DNA from: Candidatus Latescibacterota bacterium
GTDB taxonomy: Bacteria > Latescibacterota > UBA2968 > UBA8231
Assembly (NCBI GenBank): GCA_965200315.1
Contig: OZ241362.1
Span: 3,776,001 to 3,840,000, forward strand
Length of the DNA stretch: 64,000 nucleotides
Direction: 5' to 3'
The position numbers were made by a program, and so were the translations under genes. This document shows positions 59,023-64,000 of this stretch, in pieces (the stretch's first letter is position 1; the number at the start of each line of letters is the position of its first letter). Under the pieces are notes generated by a model. That model did no database searches. It was not told where the DNA came from and was given only the letters and a program-made list of their open reading frames with translations.

Positions 59023-59883
59023 ATGGGAACAATCCGCGCAATACGGCTTGCAGTGGTCGCTGGCTTGGTGGCCGTTCCAGCCGAGGCTTGGTGGGGGGAT
59101 GGACACGGGATTCTGACCGAGGGGGCCGTGCTGGCTCTGCCGGAGGACATGCCGGCTTTCTTTCGCCAAGGTGGCACCATTGCCAGCCACGTGGTCTTCG
59201 ATCCAGACCTGTTTAAGAATCGCCGCGCTCCCTTGCTGAGCCACGCCGAGCACGGAGAGCACTATTTCGATCTGGAGTACCTTGGCGGGCGAGCGATTCC
59301 GGCGAAGCGCTATGACTTTATAGCCTTGTGCTTTGAGCTACAACTCGATCCGACCAAGGTCGGAATGGCTCCCTACGCCATTGCCGAGTGGACCGAGCGG
59401 CTAACTGTGGCCTTTGCCGAGCATCGCCAGTGGCCGGAGAACGAGGCGATTCAACAGAAGTGCCTCGTCTATGCGGGCATTCTCGCTCACTATGCCGAAG
59501 ACATCTGCCAGCCCCTGCACGCGACTTGGGACTACAACGGCAAAAAGCAAGCAGACGGCACGATTATCGGCAAGGGCATCCACGAACAGGTGGATTCATC
59601 GGTGGAACGGCTCGGGTTTGCGCCCGAGGATTTGGCGGCCGAGCAGGACATTGTAGTCTTTAATTCGCTGATGAAGGCCATCACCGACCGGATCAGAGCA
59701 AGCAACTGGCGAGTGGAAGAAGTGTACGCGCTGTGGGGCCACTGGGAAGACGAGAACGACGCCCAAGTGCGCGCCTTGACCTTAGATTTGGCCCGCACCT
59801 CCGTGCGCTTTACGGCCTCACTTTACCTGACAGCTTGGCACCAGTCTGCTGAAATTCGCTTGCCGAGGTGGTTGGAGAGGTGA
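59023..59883 (+). CDS. Exported S1/P1 nuclease or Zn-phospholipase C-like protein
   Basis: Signal peptide ending AEA then WWGDGH; HYFD; HYAEDICQPLH; IHEQVD. Confidence 0.8.
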   Translation: MGTIRAIRLAVVAGLVAVPAEAWWGDGHGILTEGAVLALPEDMPAFFRQGGTIASHVVFDPDLFKNRRAPLLSHAEHGEHYFDLEYLGGRAIPAKRYDFIALCFELQLDPTKVGMAPYAIAEWTERLTVAFAEHRQWPENEAIQQKCLVYAGILAHYAEDICQPLHATWDYNGKKQADGTIIGKGIHEQVDSSVERLGFAPEDLAAEQDIVVFNSLMKAITDRIRASNWRVEEVYALWGHWEDENDAQVRALTLDLARTSVRFTASLYLTAWHQSAEIRLPRWLER

Positions 59884-60014
59884 GCGGACAGTTGTTTGTA
59901 TGGCAAAATTCAGGTGTATTGATTTGACTAGGTACTATTAAAGGGCGTGATTTTTCAAGATTGATCTCGCTCGTTTTCGCGTTCTGCATTACCCTCAACC
60001 CACAGGTCATCTCC

Positions 60015-63000
60015 ATGAACGCTTCGACGTCATCCATTGTCCCTAGTGTCACCGACAAGCTCAACCGGCTGAAGGCCCTGCTGCGCGATATGTTCCAACT
60101 CGACCGCGGAGACCTCGACTTCGGCCTGTATCGCATCATGAACATGAAGGCTGGCGAAATCTCGGCGTTTCTCGACAATGATCTACTGCCGCAGGTGAAA
60201 GAGGCCTTGGAGGGGCTCACTGGCAATCAAGTCACCGAAATAGAAGGGAAACTGAACGAGACCATCGAAACCTTGCAGGGCCTGAGAGTCAATCCGGACG
60301 AGAACGAAGTCGTCCAAGAGCTCCGTGCACGACTCGCCGAAGCAAGGCGCGACGCAGATGCTGAGGCCGACGTGTACAATCATCTCGCCAACTTTTTTTT
60401 TCGTTACTATGCCGAGGGCGACTTCATCTCGCAGCGTCGTTACTCAAGCGGTGGGCGTACGGCTTACCTTATCCCTTACGATGGTGAGGAGGTCAAGTTA
60501 CACTGGGCTAATGCGGACCAGTACTACGTCAAGACGACAGAGAACTACGCCTCTTATATTTTCATAGTTGGCACAGGTGAAGCGGAGAGGCGCGTACGTT
60601 TTGAAATCGCCGCAGCCAATAACGAGAGAGACAACATCAAGGAAGCCGACAGCAAGCAACGTCGTTTCGTACTCGAGAGTGGCAATGATGCCATTGCGGT
60701 TGAAGATGACGCGCTCATTGTGCGCTTTGAACACCGTCCGCTGACCGATAGCGAAAAGCAGATGTGGACGGGCAATGGTGTTAGACAACAGGGTAAGATC
60801 AACGAGGCGGTGGTCAAGCGGATTCTCAAGGAGGTAACCCCAGACTGGCTGGCTCTACTAGATGTGTCGGTACCTACGGATGCCAATAGTGATCGGACGT
60901 TGCTTGAGAAGCACGTCGAGCGATACACGGCTAAGAACAGTTTTGATTACTTTATCCACAAGGACCTCGGCGGCTTTTTGTGCCGCGAGTTGGACCTGTA
61001 CCTGAACACGGAAGTGCTGAACTTGGACGATCTGGAGCAGGGCGACACCTCTCGGCTGGACCGGGCACTGGCGCGTGTGCGTGCGACCCGTCATATCGGC
61101 GGGAAGATCATCGACTTTCTAGCGCAACTGGAGGACTTTCAGAAGCAACTCTGGCTAAAGAAAAAATTTGTGCTCGAAACCGACTGGTGCGTCACTCTGG
61201 ACCGCGTCCCTGAAGTTCTATATTCCGAAATCGCCGCCAACGCAGCACAATGCGAGGAATGGGTTGATCTATTTGCCGTTGACGAGATCCCGGGCGATCT
61301 GATAAATGGAGGCGAGACCTATAACAACCCGCCGAGTGTCGATTTTCTCAAAGCCAATCCCTACTTGGTGCTGGACACGCGGCACTTTGAACACGACTTC
61401 ACCGACCGGCTGCTGGCGGCACTTTCCGAGGACGGACCGCTAGATGAGCAGATGGACGGGCTGTTGGTACACGGAGAGAATTTTCAGGCGTTGAATCTGC
61501 TGCAAGCACGGTATCATGGGCAAGTGCAGTGTATTTATATTGATCCTCCGTACAACGCCAAGTCATCGGAAATTATCTACAAGAACACTTACCGGAATTC
61601 CAGTTGGATCTCCCTTATCGAGAATAGGCTAGCAGAGGTACGCAACCTTGAATCCGCCCAAGCAGTGGTGGTAATAGCTATTGACGAAGTTGAGCAGGAA
61701 TACCTTGGATGTCTCCTAAATGTAGTGTTTGCAGACAAGGCGAAGACCTGTGTCACTGTCGTTCACAACGCGACAGGCCAACAGGGCAATAACTTCTCGT
61801 CAACGCACGAATACGCCTACTTTTTATATCCCATCAATGGTCAAAGTATTGGACTCCAAGAACGCGCAGATAATCCAGACATCCGGCCTCTCAGGGATGT
61901 CAGTAAGGGTGAACATCTACGGACAGATGCAGCTAACTGCTTCTATCCAATCCTTGTACTTGATGGTGAGATCATCGGCTTTGGTGAGGTGTGCTCTGAT
62001 GACTTCCACCCTGGAGGAATCAACGTGGTTCGGGAGAATGGAATGGTTGAGGTTTATCCGATTGACCCTTCTGGGACAGAGCGTAAATGGGTATTTGCCC
62101 GGCAGAGTGTCGAGGACATAAGAGCCGAACTCTTTGCAGAACAGGATGCTGAGACAGGTGAGTGGGACATTATCCGAAAAAAGAGCCACTTCAACTATAA
62201 GACTGCGTGGACCGAAAAGCGATATTCCGCTAATTCGTGGGGGAGTAGGGTACTCAATAACATCTTGAAGGATAATGAGTTTTCCTATCCTAAGTCGGTA
62301 CACACTGTTCGGGATTGTATTGACGCGGCCCTCAATAACGAATCGTCCGGTACAGTACTCGACTACTTCGCTGGCTCCGGTACCACCGGCCATGCGGTTA
62401 TCAACCTCAACCGAGAGGATGACGGACAGCGTAAATATACTTTGGTAGAAATAGGCGACCACTTCGACACGGTTCTATTGCCGCGTATGAAGAAGGTCGT
62501 CTACTCGCCGGACTGGAAGGATGGCAAGCCATTTTCGCGCAATGGCGTCACACAGTTGTTCAAGTACATCCGACTGGAATCGTATGAAGATACGATGGAC
62601 AGTCTTGAAGTGACGCCGCCCTCGGAGGCACAGCAGGATTTATTGGCCAAGAACCCCGCGTTGGCCGAGGATTATCGGCTACGCTACGCGCTCGGCGTGG
62701 AAACGGCTGGTAGCGCGTGTCTGTTGGGCAAGGCATTCATCGATCCCTTCGCCTACACGCTCTCCGTCGTGCGCGATGGTGTGCGCCGAGAGGTTCAGGT
62801 TGACCTACCCGAGACTTTCAACTATTTGATAGGTTTACGCGTAACATCCCACCAGCGGATTGACGATGTGCTCGCTATCACAGGCATGGACCCCGAAGGG
62901 CGCAACTGTCTGATCCTCTGGCGCAATCTCGACGAGATGGACTACGCCGCGCTAGACGCTTGGTTTGATCGCAACCGCGAGCAGTTCGCTGAATCGCTGG

Positions 63001-63128
63001 ATGTTATTTACACCAACGGCGATCACACCCTAAACGCCATGCAGCAGCCCGGCGAAAATTGGACCGCTAAGACCATTGAGCCAATTTTTCGTGAATTGAT
63101 ATTTGGAGGATATAATGATGTTATCTAA
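60015..63128 (+). CDS. mod: Type III restriction-modification methyltransferase (Mod)
   Basis: DLDFGLYRIM, YIDPPYN catalytic motif, DYFAGSGTT SAM motif, KYIRLESYED. Confidence 0.93.
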   Translation: MNASTSSIVPSVTDKLNRLKALLRDMFQLDRGDLDFGLYRIMNMKAGEISAFLDNDLLPQVKEALEGLTGNQVTEIEGKLNETIETLQGLRVNPDENEVVQELRARLAEARRDADAEADVYNHLANFFFRYYAEGDFISQRRYSSGGRTAYLIPYDGEEVKLHWANADQYYVKTTENYASYIFIVGTGEAERRVRFEIAAANNERDNIKEADSKQRRFVLESGNDAIAVEDDALIVRFEHRPLTDSEKQMWTGNGVRQQGKINEAVVKRILKEVTPDWLALLDVSVPTDANSDRTLLEKHVERYTAKNSFDYFIHKDLGGFLCRELDLYLNTEVLNLDDLEQGDTSRLDRALARVRATRHIGGKIIDFLAQLEDFQKQLWLKKKFVLETDWCVTLDRVPEVLYSEIAANAAQCEEWVDLFAVDEIPGDLINGGETYNNPPSVDFLKANPYLVLDTRHFEHDFTDRLLAALSEDGPLDEQMDGLLVHGENFQALNLLQARYHGQVQCIYIDPPYNAKSSEIIYKNTYRNSSWISLIENRLAEVRNLESAQAVVVIAIDEVEQEYLGCLLNVVFADKAKTCVTVVHNATGQQGNNFSSTHEYAYFLYPINGQSIGLQERADNPDIRPLRDVSKGEHLRTDAANCFYPILVLDGEIIGFGEVCSDDFHPGGINVVRENGMVEVYPIDPSGTERKWVFARQSVEDIRAELFAEQDAETGEWDIIRKKSHFNYKTAWTEKRYSANSWGSRVLNNILKDNEFSYPKSVHTVRDCIDAALNNESSGTVLDYFAGSGTTGHAVINLNREDDGQRKYTLVEIGDHFDTVLLPRMKKVVYSPDWKDGKPFSRNGVTQLFKYIRLESYEDTMDSLEVTPPSEAQQDLLAKNPALAEDYRLRYALGVETAGSACLLGKAFIDPFAYTLSVVRDGVRREVQVDLPETFNYLIGLRVTSHQRIDDVLAITGMDPEGRNCLILWRNLDEMDYAALDAWFDRNREQFAESLDVIYTNGDHTLNAMQQPGENWTAKTIEPIFRELIFGGYNDVI

Positions 63129-63310
63129 CGAACTTGAGTGCATTGTGGAGCGCCTAGATCAAATGATTGTGTGTGGATTCTCTCGGGCTATTGTCCTTTT
63201 GGAAGATGGTTGTGAAGAGTTTAGTAACTGACGTTACGCAGTGTTACAATCTCTTGGTCTCAGAAAAATGCTTTGAACGATTCGAGCGGTGGATCGTCTT
63301 GTGCCTCCTA

Positions 63311-63349
63311 TTCTGCGTCTATCTGCGTCCATCTGCGTCCATCTGCGGA
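63311..63349 (+). repeat. Short 10-bp tandem repeat (ATCTGCGTCC)n
   Basis: TTCTGCGTCT ATCTGCGTCC ATCTGCGTCC ATCTGCGGA. Confidence 0.8.
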
Positions 63350-63537
63350 TTATCTGGTAAATGATGTAGGGTTGCTATAGGATTTGCAAAAGGTAATATC
63401 AGGGGGTATTTCAGGATATCCGAGAGGTTCTTGAGCGCGAAGGACTGCTGCCGGTTAATTCGTAGATCATTTGTTAATCCGATATGTACCATCCGATATA
63501 AATTGTACAACGTGAACTAAACAGGACATCCATTGTA

Positions 63538-64000
63538 ATGCCACAACGCCGTCGTCAGACAGGGAACGCACGCCTACAAAACCGCCTTGCCCTCCATCGC
63601 TTCGTCTGCCGTGAGTTTGGCTACGATGACATGGACGCTATGCTCGAGCGGTTGCACTATGCCCGGGGCGAAATCACCTCGGAAGGCGAGCTCGACTATG
63701 CCCAATCGCTACACCCCCATCCTACACACGCCCGCGTTACCGCCGACCAGTTTACCGAATACGACGCCAACATCACGGCACACAGCCGCCGGCTGCGTAT
63801 GACAGAGGAGCACGGTCGGACATGGAAACCCCACCAATACCTCGCCCTATTATTTACCGAACATTACTTATACCGCTATTTCGACAATCCCGAAGCCCTG
63901 TGTGCTGATCTCAATCATGAGAAAGCCAGCCATCGTCCGACCTCGTTCTTGCCGGACTATAAGATGGACGACTTGCACACGCTCGCTTTCCAGAGTGCGA
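63538..64000 (+). CDS. res: Type III restriction endonuclease subunit (Res), N-terminal part
   Basis: Open to the window end; EYDANI, KPHQYLALLFTEHYL, ends at LAFQSA, the expected lead-in to the Walker A motif; downstream of mod. Confidence 0.85.
   Translation, partial: MPQRRRQTGNARLQNRLALHRFVCREFGYDDMDAMLERLHYARGEITSEGELDYAQSLHPHPTHARVTADQFTEYDANITAHSRRLRMTEEHGRTWKPHQYLALLFTEHYLYRYFDNPEALCADLNHEKASHRPTSFLPDYKMDDLHTLAFQSA

Noticed and set aside
7000-60000. Many overlapping 60-300 aa alternative-frame ORFs rich in Arg/Ala/Pro
   Set aside because: Shadow ORFs expected in high-GC coding DNA; no motifs, and they overlap well-supported genes

Overview
GC-rich (about 60% by eye) bacterial chromosomal window. 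The gene content (three PhyH-type dioxygenases, a sulfatase-like protein, several TIM-barrel sugar isomerases, Uma2 nucleases, many defence genes) is compatible with a marine or sponge-associated uncultured lineage; this is inference only. The window opens inside a type I-C CRISPR-Cas locus (cas3-cas4-cas1-cas2, leader, 27 identical 37-bp repeats with 27 spacers). At the trailer end, a MazF/PemK toxin-antitoxin operon sits between a degenerate repeat and a hairpin-extended repeat variant, like a ~600-bp giant spacer. Its predicted promoter lies in a TTC-PAM + 34-nt segment that abuts the last repeat. This is the most unusual structure here. The middle holds metabolic and housekeeping genes (hflX, gluconokinase, an mrpEFGBCDDD antiporter operon, serS, folD, glgP, pepA, glcD/glcF, serC, ssb, 1-Cys peroxiredoxin). 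These are interspersed with small accessory or decaying cassettes: an AAA ATPase with a frameshifted DUF4276 partner, Fic fragments, tandem Uma2 genes, IS-end/MITE remnants and several pseudogenes. Also present are a flavoprotein resembling animal OSGIN1/2 and a histidine kinase lacking the canonical H-box His. The window ends in a type III restriction-modification mod gene and the start of res. No rRNA or tRNA genes were recognised. All protein family calls come from motif recognition by eye, not database searches.
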